Shown: one piece after another, positions 13,591 through 24,808 of the stretch
Layout of the letters: each line of letters opens with the position of its first letter
Numbering within the stretch: position 1 is the first letter of the stretch
Assembly (NCBI GenBank): GCA_001179505.1
Contig: CDMY01000444.1
Span: 11,636-75,635 of the forward strand
DNA length: 64,000 nt
Reading direction: 5' to 3'
Source of the DNA: Vitrella brassicaformis CCMP3155
Taxonomy: Eukaryota > Protista > Chromerida
Made by a program: the position numbers and the translations under genes
Notes under the pieces: generated by a model
The model's input: only the letters and a program-made list of their open reading frames with translations
What the model was told of the DNA's origin: nothing
Databases searched by the model: none

Positions 13591-14894
13591 GAAGCTCAAA
13601 GCTTACAAACTCGTGTCTCCTCAGACATCGCTGGCTACATTTTATATCCTGAGACGAATTTACTGTTGATGCTGACGCTTCACCGCCTGGGCGGTGGCCG
13701 AGGACCATCCAGGTCGACCGCAGGGTTATACAAGCTCATTTGGTGTTGTTTTTCTCCCGGTTTCTTTCTTTTCTTTTGCACCACCTGGTGGTGCATCAAC
13801 GATCCTCAACTGCCTTGTTAGCCTCCCTCCCCGATTCCATCGTTTCTGGGTCGTGTGAAGGCCATTGAAGTCACCTGGATCACCACACTGACTACCAGAC
13901 AGGTGAGGAGCACCCCACACAGCACCAGTAGGCCAGAAGTGACGGGCCGCAGCCAGGAGGGCGCGCAACTCATAACACGGGGGCAGAGAGGCCGGTGTGT
14001 CGACTGAGGGTGAGAGAGGGCGTGGTGGTGGCGTGTGAAGTCTGGCGTGGAGGACGGAGAGCCAGGCTGACGTGCTGGGAGGGAGGGGAGGGACCTCAGG
14101 CGGTAGATCAGCCAGACGACGCACGGGCCATGTCTCAACAGGTTCTGCTCCTCTGTGGTGTCCTGGTGTCATGCAGGAGTCTGGTGCGTGTGCTCGGGAG
14201 TTCCGACTCACCACACACGTGACGTGGGAGAAGAGGTACGTGCAGACGAGCGTGGGGTGTGGCGAGAGGGGTGGTGGTTGGACCAGTGTGTGGTATGTGG
14301 TGTGTGTGGTGTGCAGGTCTGTGGTCTCGTGCGCGCGTCGTCTCAACAACACCGGACGGACAGCCTCACACACACACACAGTACGTCCACTTGCTCAAGG
14401 CTGACACTGACACGACACATCTGCACATCCGCTTCTTGTGGCGTGCTGTGCATGCCTTACCACCCATGCAGTCAGGTTGCTGTGCCACTGTGTGTGTCCG
14501 GGCGATCGCGGGAGCATGGTCGCTGTCGGAGTGCGCCAAGGAGTGCAAGGAGGTACTCAAGTTCGTGTCGGACGCGCTCGAGGCGGCTCGGGAGGCAGTG
14601 AAGAACACCCGTGCTGCAATCAATGGTGAGGGGCTGGAGGGATCGGACGATGGCCACCCACACAGGACTCCGGGTAGCTTCACCACACACACACACACGA
14701 GGTACGTGCATGTGGGAGGCAGAGAGGGAGAGAGGGAGGGAGGGGCTTCAGTGCGGGTCAGTCATATGTTCTTGCTGTCTGTGGTGTGGTGCGGTGTGTT
14801 GGTCTTGTTCAGATTGGTGCCATGTATGAGCGACACTTCAGCCTTGAGGGGCACGTGTTGACGTCTGCCGCGCCGGCGGCCCACTCCCCCTCGC

Positions 14895-15355
14895 GCGGCT
14901 CCTTCCTCTTCACCGCCTCGGCAGTCACCGAGGGCCACCCGACAAAATGTGCGACTGCGTTTCCGACGCCGTGCTCGATGCCTGCCTGAAGCAAGACCGC
15001 TACGCCCTCACGTCAGTCAACACCGTGTGCACTCCCAACGGTGAGCAGCGCTACACACGATACGCCTACCTACCGACCTACCTACCTACCCACTTTGTGG
15101 TGCGTTGTGGTGTGTTGTGTTGTGTGTGTTGCAGGGTTGGTCATGTCTTGGGGAACCGTCATGAAGCGCTTCCAGTACCCGCCAGAGCCGGATGTGCACG
15201 TGGGCTACGCCGAGGTGATGCGCCAGACGCTGAGGGAGATCGGGTACGACAGCGGCGCAAAGGGCCTCGACTACACGTGCGTGAGGATTGTGGCCGACAT
15301 TAAGCACAACGTCGATTACGTCGGGGATGTGGAGTTCAGCGGCAACAGGAAGTGA
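14895..15355 (+). pseudogene. MAT N-terminal domain remnant, copy 2, with a 1-nt frameshift inside GHPDK
   Basis: SFLFTASAVTEGH then CAC-CC-GAC (one C short at ~14940, versus CAC CCC GAC in copy 1), then DKMCDCVSDAVLDACLKQD. The next exon GLVMSWG...VGYAEVMRQTLREIGYDSGAKGLDYTCVRIVADI is a strong MAT match and stops at 15353-15355. Confidence 0.85.
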
Positions 15356-15989
15356 GACCGGCTCATGAGTGACACACGACACAAGAAAGCGGTGGAAGCG
15401 ATGTTGACGGCAGCGCTCTTTGTCTTGAGGCCGTGCGTTTCGTCGTTTGCTAAGATCCTCACCAGAAGACTCACCAGCAGAGATGCACGTGTCTTGTTCC
15501 ATTGTTGGTCGTGCTGCAGGGACGGTGATAGTGGAATTCGGAGAATCATCAAATCATCGACTACGGGAACAGCGGACAAGAAGTTGACAAAGAAGGAGGA
15601 ACGGTAGGAACAAGCCCATCACGAAGTTCAGAGCTTACAGACACGTGTCTCCTTCAGACATCGCTGCCTATGTTTTATATCCGGAGGCCGTGTTTCTTAT
15701 TGCGGCGGACCAAGGTAGGATGATTCATCGAAATGCAAGTGTGCTGGTGTGTGCAGGGACCGTGGCGACGTGAGGCGCCCCGAGGTGGGACGGCTGAGGC
15801 CCGGAAGGCAGATGAGGACGAGGAGGTGGGAAGGAGAGAGGGAGTGAGGGAGTGAGGGAGCGATGTCGACGGCAGTGCTCTTTGTCTTGTGGATGTCATG
15901 TGGCTAATGTAGGGCCACCCTGTTGATGACACTCAACACCACACTCACAGGTAACCAATTGACCATCCGTGAAGGAGCAGACGGGTACT

Positions 15990-16705
15990 TCTGGCTGCTG
16001 CTTTCTGTCTGTGCAGAGTACCGCAAGCGCTACCTGGATATCGTCGACAACATTCGCACCAACGAGCTGCAAATCGCGCTGGGTACAATAAAGAGACAGC
16101 GACTCTTCTACTGTACATAACGCATTGCGTCTTGTCTGATGCTTTCCGCACACAGACGAGCGGCAGAGACGTAGACGCCAGTTGGAGAGCGGTACGCATG
16201 ACAACCCAATAACACGCCCTCACTGGTGTGTGCCGATGGATGGTGTTTTCGTTCGTGTCTTGTCTTCGATTTAGATGTGACTGCTGCGTTGAAGGCCGAG
16301 AGGAAGGCTAAGTTCGATGATGAGGCTGGTATGCAGCCCTTTTTTCTGTTTTTTTGCACCCATCGGGTGCATTCGAGCACATCAACGTTCCCAGCGTTCA
16401 TCTCGAGGGCTTTCTAGTGCGCTTTTCCGGCAAGGATTTCCGGTCTGAACTCGAGCACGCACCTCTGCACTCGGAATCAGGAGCCAGACCTCGACCTTCT
16501 CGCGACACAAATACTACACGATCTGGGCACTCAGCTGAAGATTGACGCCGACCACATCACCGTCAAGAAGGCCTCCCACACGTCAAGAAGGCATTTGACG
16601 ACACCCCGGAGCTGATGCCTTTGGCTCAGTCGCTGGCTGACAAGTTGGGCAAGCGGCTCACTGACGTCAGGAACGACAGTCAGTGACACCACACACACAA
16701 ACACA

Positions 16706-16742
<37 letters not shown>

Positions 16743-17015
16743 GCAGAGAGATAGAGAGATAGACTGACACTGACAAGACGTACAAACAGGTGCCTGCCTG
16801 CCTGCCTGCCTGCTGCTGTGCTCACCTGCCTGGTGTGTGTGTGTGTGTGTGTGTGTCCGCCTGTAGGCACTCTGGCTTATCTGCACCCCGCAGGCAAGGC
16901 GACGGTGACGGTTGAGTACGACCAGGCGGAGGGCGCGACTGCACGCGGTACGCCCCGGTCGTACAAGGAAGACATCCTCAAGACACTCAGGGAAGAGCGG
17001 ACAAGAAGTTGACAA
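15990..17015 (+). pseudogene. Paralog of the 4700-6272 gene with a MAT central-domain remnant
   Basis: DDTPELMPLAQSLADKLGKRLTDVRND (~16600-16678) and TLAYLHPAGKATVTVEYDQ (16866-16925) match the MAT central domain. The frame is disrupted just upstream of DTPELMP. Confidence 0.75.
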
Positions 17016-18770
17016 GGAGGGAGAAAGAGTAGGAACAAGCCCATCACGAAGTTCAGAGCTTACAGACGCGTGTCTCCTTCAGACATCGCTGCCTATGTTT
17101 TATATCCGGAGGCCGTGTCTCTCACTGCGACGGACCAAGGTAGGACGATTCATCGAAATGCCAGTGTGTTGGTGTGTGCAGGGACCGTGGCGACGGTGGG
17201 ACGGCTGAGGCCCGGAAGGCAGATAAGGACGAGGAGGTGGGAGAGAGGGAGGGATTCAGGGAGGGAGGGAGCGACAGACAGGTGACAGATCTCTGCTGTG
17301 TGTGGTGTGTGTGTTGAGCTGTCTGTGTTGCACAAGCCGAGCTGTTGGAGGTGCCGCAGGACAAGGAGGTCGCCATCTCGACTGTCCGTGGCTTTCTGGG
17401 GACCATCCCGAAGTTCTCAATCGAGACGACTGTCCCGACGACGGGCGAGCACCGTTATCTCTTGTCTTAGCGCATCGATGATTCTGCCTGTCTGCATTTG
17501 TGCAGGCAGCCGAGGCCGCCAAATTGCTGCCTACTTTTTATATCCCTGGGTCTCTTCTTTCAGCGAGTATCACAGGGCGTCCCCAGCTCACCACCACAAC
17601 CACCACCAACACGCCACGCGCAGACGCGTAAAGGAAAAGCACTGGACCACCTGCTCATGTCTTGAATGCAGTACATGTACCCTCAGAGGTGAGGTGCCCA
17701 TGGCCACAACAAACAGAGGTCAGTGACAGAGATATGGGCATACGTAGGCACGGAACCAGAAATGGTCGGTGCGGCCACCCCCTCCCACCCCTGCAGCCCC
17801 TCGTGTACCCCTGCTGCCAACCCTCGCCCAGCCAGCGACGCGAAAGAAGGCCTGCTGCACGTGACGTCCGGTGCGCGGCAAAAGCTCTCCGGTGCGCAAG
17901 GCAAGTGCATCCATTCATTTGCGTGCCTTTGGAGGGGCGGAATTGAGTGAGTTCAGATTTGGCTGATAGGGATGGAATGGGGAGAAGAAAAGGTATCTGC
18001 TGCATGTGTGGCGGGCTGGCTGGGCTGCGCTGCGCTGCGCTGCACTGCGCTGCGCTGCTATCTCGATTGGCAGAAACACGGGCGTTCACGCAAACGGTCA
18101 TCGTGTGCGTATGCAGCGTTGCATTGGTTATGTCGACTGGCTCTATGGGGCGCATTGGCTGGTCGATTGGGTGGATAAGTGGATAGTATAGATTAGATTT
18201 GGCTTGTGAGATGAACCGCACACAGACAAACGACGGGACATCTTTTTCCCATGGATGGACACGAGTCCGTTTGTGGTTGGGTTGCTGCGGTCGTATGCTT
18301 TCTGGCTGGATGGGTCGATAGCCACGGGCGTGGCGAGTGTCTCACTCGCCGGTTTCTCTCTGTCTGTCAGTCTGCCGGCCCCTCCCTCCCTCCCTGCTTC
18401 CCCCCCTCCTTGTGACACGTGTGCGGATGTGTGCATGCATGGTGTGGGGACGCGTTTGCTGGCTGTTTTTCTCGGCGTACATTTGTGGCGAGAAAGTCGT
18501 CCAAAGGACAGATTTGTCTGCGTCGGCCTGCCTGCCTGACTGGTCGAAATGTTTGTGTGTGCCGTTCGGTTTGGCTGAATGCCCGTGTTTCTTTCTGTCT
18601 GCACAACGATGTGGAACAGTCAGCGAATGAGGAAGTCACCACAGTCTCATACACACCCAGAGAGCCGGCAACCGTCGGTGCACATAGCAGACCGCCGCCC
18701 ACATGGAGGCACCCGTGCCCCATACCCCCATACCCCTCCTTCCCCATATCGACAGACAGCTACTGAACAT

Positions 18771-19807
18771 CTACTCATTGTTGAGCCATGTTGCCCCACA
18801 TCTGTGGTATGGGTTCACAGCCCAACGTCTGTGGTAGGGGTTATAATCTGTGGTTCCCTTGACTGCCTGGGCGATACACTGGACCACCCGCATGGTGATG
18901 TCGATGGGCAGCCTCTTGAGCAGCGGCGACCAGGTCTCCCAATTGCCCTCCACCACCTCCCTCGCCACCGACTCCACCATCTTCTGCTTGGGGAAGTCCT
19001 GGCTCTCCAGCACTCCCGGATTGAGGTCCAGGATGAACACGGCCATGGCAATGGTCCACTCCCCGGCGCACGAGTAGAGCGCCTCCAGGATGGCCGCCAC
19101 GTGCGCCTCCATCTGGAAGTACTGACACATGGCCAGCAGGGACAGCAGGCCGCTGTAGACCGTGGTGCCGGCCGCCTTGTGCTTCTTCTGCGGAGGGCCC
19201 TCCGATGCCGCGGCCGCTCCCTGCGCGGCACCCCCTGACTGTGTGTCGTCGCTGGGCACGTGGAGGGCATACGGTAGGCGCTGACACCACCACACACAGA
19301 CGGGAGGGGAGAGGGGGGTGCTGCACGTGTAATCGATCACTCTGATCTGCATCTACATGCCATCATGCCAGCTACTTGCGCCTTGAGCACCTGACGTGAA
19401 TGAATGGAAAAAGCAAACGACGCACGTGTGCATCAGCGAGAATAGACGACAGCAGCTGGCGCCTGCTGCTTGCTTCTCACCTCTGGATTCCCCACTTCTC
19501 CCGATTCGAGCAGCCAGCCCATGTGTCTGAAGGTCTCGGGCTGGATGGCGGGCACCTCGACGGACTGTGTGGAGCTCTCGGCAAATCCATGGCCGTCCAG
19601 CGCGGCAGCGAAGTAAGGCGAATACTTGACCAGAAGATCCTGCACACGTACACCAACCAAAGGCACGCACATCACTGACAGATGCACTGCGCCCCTCCCT
19701 GTGCCGTCCATCCCCCTTTCCTCCCTCCTCACCTTTTTCTGATCAAAGGTCTTCTTGACATCGCCCGACCCGACGACTATCTTCACCAGCGACGCCTCAC
19801 CCATCAT
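18771..19807 (-). CDS. BTB/POZ domain protein (about 3 exons)
   Basis: LVKIVVG...DLLVKYSPYFAAALDGHGFAESSTQSVEVPAIQPETF is the BTB signature (SxYFxA...FxES...V.l..i.p..F). It is followed by SLLAMCQYFQM and a helical C-terminus. Confidence 0.8.
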
Positions 19808-20171
19808 GGGCAACGCTCACCAAGAGGCGCTCTCCACCGCTATTTCTCAATCGAACTCTCTACTTTCTCATCTGCTGCAGTCCTGCAGCGCTACAGAAGG
19901 GCCCTCATGGGCTGGAAAGGGCTCTTCCGCACCGCTGCGATCCACATTTGCGAGCTTGAATCACGAAGGGAGATGCATTCGCTTCTTTCCAGCATGATGA
20001 TTCAGACAAGCAATCCCAGTCGCAGCAGCTGACAAGATCCAGCCAAAACAGTTCGTGTCAGTCGGCTTCAAAGTTGCTCGGGAGATGAGATGAATGCGCA
20101 CAGATCAGCAGGAGATAGTGACTGAGTTGAGGCTTGATTCGCCTCTCTTTCAGGCCCAGACAAGCGACGCG

Positions 20172-21623
20172 ATGAATTGGCTGCTTCAGACCGAGCCGGG
20201 CGCCGTGTGCCGCGTCTGCCACTCATGTGATGCCACTGTTGAGAGCGGCATACTCATTGCTCCGTGCGGCTGCAAGGGCACTCTCAGATGGGTGCATACG
20301 AGCTGCCTGGGAAACTGGAGAAAGCCCGCTGGTGGAACAGGTGGGCGTCTAAAGATGGACCTGCAAGTGGACATTTCAACTCGCATGGCTGGTCTTGTTG
20401 TGTGTGCAGCCAGGTTGAAGCCGACGTGTGACGTCTGTCTGAAGTACTAAGCTACAGAAGGAGAAGGGCTGGATATCTGATGTGCATTGCCTTGTGTCTG
20501 TCGGTTCAGGGATTATGACGCCGGGCCGCGTGGTCCGTTCTGTCTGCCGGTCGGCCTCATCCCAGACGCCCTCTTCGCTCTCGCGTACAGTCTGCTGGCC
20601 TGTCTGCCGCCGCTGCTGGCAATCATGCACAGCTGCGACAGAAGCAACATACTGACCCGGGCGCTCCGGCTCTACCGCATGATCCCCCTGGTCATCGTGG
20701 TCGGTCTGACTGTTTCCGCCTTTGATTGGCTGGCGGGGCGACAACATGCGGACGGCTCTTCGCTGAGATGTGGTCTGCGGATGGCTATCGGGCTGATTGT
20801 GACGGCTGCTGGGGCGCTGCGTATGATGGGCAGTGACATCTGGACATTTGAAGCGGGGGGATTCCGGTCATGCGACAATGGGGCGCGTTCCTTCCGCAGA
20901 GCGCTGGGAGATTGTTTTGTGTTACTCATGGTGTCGCTCGCCTTGCTGCCTTATAGTCTTTTGAAAGGGGACAAGGTGCACCAGGCCACACGAGAGGCGC
21001 TGTTGCGGTTTCGGCAACGACATGCTATTGATTCTGATGGACTCTTTATGGGCATGGTGTCGCTTTACATGCGAGAGGGGTCCTACTATCTCATGATCGC
21101 GGTGTGGTCGCTGACCCCTCTGGTGATTTGCGCCAGGTTGTGGAGCCGAAACAGCCTGCCATTCATCCCACTCTACTTGATTGTCGCGCTGCTGGGCGCC
21201 ATCTCTGTGTGGAAGCGGCGGGCGATTGACCAGCTGATGGAGGAGGGTGGACTGTATTCATCTTCTTTGGCTTTCTGTATCGTTGGCGTGGTCTTAAGCG
21301 TCATCCTTCGTATGGCGTCGTTTGCCATGCGCCGGTCCTGGTGGATGTTTGAGGCACTGGGGGAGTATGATCTGCTTGGCTTCCTAGTGGTGGGGCTCCC
21401 CATTGCAACAATCATCGGCTGCAGCATTTCCGGGCCCCTTGAAAGGTGGGATCTGCTGCAGCGAGTGCGTCTGGTACTGCCCCTGCCTTGTCTTGCCCTC
21501 TGTGTGTGTGTGTGTGTGTGTGTGTATGTGATGTGTGCAGCCTGCGAGCCGCCGTCGTGCGATTGTCCGACGACCATCTGCGTGCGGGCGGATAGGATTA
21601 TCGTACAATCGATTCGTATTTGA
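20172..21623 (+). CDS. RING-CH (RINGv/MARCH-type) membrane-bound E3 ubiquitin ligase, copy 1
   Basis: CRVC...[23 protein letters not shown]...CDVC is a C4HC3 RING-CH. The spliced downstream exon encodes many hydrophobic segments. Start inferred from an ATG shared with copy 2. Confidence 0.8.
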
Positions 21624-22097
21624 CCTCGTGTTGCGTGCATCGTGTGGCTGCCTGGCTGTTCGGCCGTATGGGAATCGAAAGTGTGGTGGGAGAGGAGCGT
21701 CCTAGCATTTTCGGCCGGGAACATATGACTCGGGTTGGGCTCCCTTGGCTGTGGTGGTGATACCAGTTGGCTGGTACTGATGGCAGGTGAGATCTCTAAT
21801 CGGGGGGTCCGGAAGCTGGAAAAGATAGACAGGTGCGTGTGTTTGTGTGCATGTCTGTCTGTCTGTGTGCGTGTGTTTGGGATTATGACGTCGGGCCGCG
21901 TGGTCCTGCAGCGCTACAGAAGGGCCCTCATGGGCTGGAAAGGGCTCTTCCGCACCGCTGCGATCCACATTTGCGAGCTTGAATCACGAGAAGCGAGAAA
22001 TGCTTCTTTCCGCATTCTCACAATCCCAGCCGACAAGATCCAGCCAAAACAGTTCGTGTCAGTCGGCTTCAAAGTTGCTCGGGAGGTGAGAAATGCG

Positions 22098-23388
22098 ATG
22101 CTGTCGTTGCTGGCCCAGCCCGAGCCGGGTGCCGTGTGCCGCTTCTGCCTTTCACCTGATGAGACTGTTGAGAGCGGCATACTCATTGCGCCGTGCGGCT
22201 GCAAGGGCTCTGTCAGATGGGTTCACGTCACTTGCTTTGATTCATGGCGGAAGCGTGATGGTGGGGTGAAGTCGACTTGTGGCGTCTGTCTGGAGTAAGC
22301 TACATACAGTGAGAGTGACAACCGGCCGGTTCAGTGATTGATTGGTGATCTGTGGGTTGCCTGTGTTGTGTGTGTCCAGGCGTTATGACATTATGCCTTA
22401 TGACATTGGGCCACATGGCTCGTCTAATCTGCCGGTCGGCCTCATCCCAGACGCCCTCTTCTCTCTCGCGTACAGTCTGCTCGCCTGTCTGCCGCTGCTG
22501 ATGACAATTCTACACAGCTGCGACAGAAGCAACATACTGACCCGAGCGCTCCGGCTCTGCCACGTGATCCCCATGGCCACCGTGGTCGGCCTGACTCTTT
22601 CCGCCTTGGACTGGGTGGCGGGGCGACAACATGCGGGCAGCTCATCGCTTCGGTGTGGTCTGCGGATGGCTATCGCATTCATTGTGGCGGCTGCTGGGGC
22701 GGCGCGAATGCTCATCTGGACATTTGCCGCAGGCGGACTTGGCGGCGTGTGGGCTGCGCATGTGGCGGGGTGCGCCGAGAAGCGATCGTTGGCTACCGCC
22801 TTTTTCTGCTATTGTCCTTTGATCTTTGTGTCTTTGGCCTTCCTGCCTTACTGTCTGGTGAGGGGTGAGAAGGTGCACCAGGCCACACGAGAGGCGCTAT
22901 TGCGGTTGCGGCACCGACATACGGCTGCTACTGCTGGTGGTGGTTGTCGTGAGGGCGTTGGGTCGTTGTTTGTGTGCCTCTTCTCCGCTGCTTTGTTCTA
23001 CTTGAGGGAGGGGGCCTACTATGTGCTGATTGCCATGTGGTCCCTGGCACACATTGTGTTTTGGGAGCTGATTGTCAGCCGATTCCTTCCGGCTTATCTC
23101 ACTGCCGCGGCGGTGGTGGCCGTGAGTGTGTGACAGCGGCCGCAAGTGGACGAGCTGCTGCAGCAGAGGGGGTGGTATACGGAGGTGCCCCCGGCTGTTC
23201 TGTCGAGTATGATCTATCTCGCCGGTATCGCTGTGGCAGTTTGCTTTGGAGTTTCTAACGTGCGGTTGTCCTTATGGATCGTGGGCCTGCTGCAGTTGGC
23301 CGACGATACCGTGGTGCTCACGTTGCTCTCGTGGATTCCCGTCTTAATCTTGTTAATCTTGTACGGCTATGTCCTCACAACGCATTGA
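22098..23388 (+). pseudogene. RING-CH membrane E3 ligase, tandem copy 2, with an in-frame TGA at 23131-23133
   Basis: CRFC...APCGCKGSVRWVHVTCFDSW...CGVC. The TM region is clearly paralogous to copy 1. VSV*QRPQVDELLQQRGWY aligns to copy 1 [19 protein letters not shown], and ORFs 22342-23133 and 23146-23388 are in the same frame. Confidence 0.75.
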
Positions 23389-23509
23389 CCGGTGAGTGAG
23401 ACTCAGTACTCTTCAGTTAGTCTTTATGTGCGCACCCCACTGTTCCCCTGTCTGTCTGTGTGTGTCACTCGTCCGTGCAGGCCGTCTTGCAGGGGAATAG
23501 GATTGGTAT

Positions 23510-23890
23510 GTGCCAGCTGGCCCCAGGTAGACAGATAGACAGACAGTGGCTGACTAGCGTGGTGTTCTTTTCGTATGATGTGTCACACTTGCCCGGGCCA
23601 GCGCATTTGTACTAGTGAGCAAGGAAGCCTCAAGTTCGTGTCGGGATTTCTTTGAGTCCCTTTTGCCTGCCTTCCTGCCCTCAATGTGTTCTGTACGCTA
23701 ATGGAAGTCACATAAGTCACATCAATGCTCACTGACTCAGCGGAAAGGAGTCCCGCGCACACGCATATCTCTCCTCAGGTATACACACAACCTACTGGAT
23801 AGATGGATCATCACATATGCAGATGGATAGGTGGCAGGCATGTGCAGCCGAGCACTATAAAAGACACATCAGCACGGGAGACAACGGAAC
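23510..23890. repeat. Duplicated non-coding block (second copy ~25710-26035) with a TATA-like CTATAAAAG at ~23855
   Basis: Collinear matches: GCGCATTTGTAC, CTCAAGTTCGTGTCG, CTCAATGTGTTCTGTA, GGAAGTCACAT, GCAGCCGAGCACTATA. Confidence 0.8.
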
Positions 23891-24142
23891 TAATCCAGCC
23901 CAGCACACCACTCGACGGACGAATGAAGCCAACCGGTGTTACTCAGCCGTGCAGCCTTTGACTTAATCAACGTGTGAGCGGCTGTGAAGCAGGTCAACAG
24001 CATACGTCATTTGACTGGATCGAGTTTACATACAGTGTACATGCCGCCGTTGGATTCCTAAAACTTCCGTAACTCGTCCTTATCAGCCTTTCCGCGAGCC
24101 ACCACTCCTCCCGAGAGGCACGCCAAGCCAAAAGCAGTCACC

Positions 24143-24808
24143 ATGCAGCGCGCCACCGTCCTCTTCGCGTTCGTCTCTGTGCTCGTCTGTGGCGTGACAG
24201 CTGAGCCCCTGGCTGTTGACCCCGTGCAGCAGTTCAAGGACTTCCTGGGCGGATTCGAGAATGTCAAAGACTTCCTGGGAGGACTCGATGTGACAAAAAA
24301 CATGGGTACGTGGATGGGGTGTGGAGAACAACACACAGACACACGTACAGTGAGCCGTTGCCGCATCTCTCGGTCTCGTGTGTGCACAGGGCAGGTCAAG
24401 AAGTTCCTCGAAGGACTGGAGGAGAACGTCAGCCTGGGTACGTACGCATCCCCACACACGTAGCTGTAGCCGCAACACGCCTGTGCGTGCCGCAACTGCT
24501 TCTGCGATTCAGGGAGCATTAAGAATGTGCGTGAGAAGGCCACTCTCGCCCTCGACAACTCGTTCAAGACCATCAAGGCAATCCAGACGCGCAGAGGGCC
24601 ACAGGACGAGCCGCGCAAGCCGCGCATGACTGCAGCGAGCGAGGAGGAGGATGACCCGATCATCGACTTCATCAACGACATTCTCCAGGGCGTCGACGAC
24701 CTGCTCAACGACCTCGATGAGCAATTGACGGACGACCAGAGGGAGCTGCTTTTGCAGATCAGGGCGTTCTTCGTTGCGTTGCTAGCTGTCTTCAGCATCA
24801 ACATCTAG
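24143..24808 (+). CDS. Small secreted amphipathic alpha-helical protein (3 exons)
   Basis: Signal-peptide-like MQRATVLFAFVSVLVCGVTA, repeats of FKDFLGGFE / VKDFLGGLD / VKKFLEGLE, an acidic helical C-terminus, and GT-AG introns near 24307-24389 and 24438-24512. Confidence 0.75.

Larger units (their letters stand above)
4675..17545 (+). repeat. Fixed-length 23-bp motif ATYGYYDBCTAYDTTTTATATYC, 8 copies on + (4675, 6309, 8948, 11937, 13627, 15660, 17085, 17523); 2 more on - at 32165-32187 and 33680-33702
   Basis: Read directly, e.g. ATCGTTGTCTACATTTTATATCC (8948), ATCGCTTCCTACATTTTATATCC (6309, 11937), ATCGCTGCCTATGTTTTATATCC (15660, 17085), and the reverse complement of GGATATAAAATGTAGACGGCGAT (32165). 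Confidence 0.9.

Noticed and set aside
1598-16930. A functional, highly spliced MAT gene
   Set aside because: The pieces are redundant, out of order, partly frameshifted, and lack GAGDQG, TGRK, GGGAFSGKD and the whole C-terminal domain.
4675-17545. CRISPR-like array built from the 23-bp motif
   Set aside because: Spacing is 0.4-3 kb and irregular, no cas genes are present, and the context is eukaryotic.
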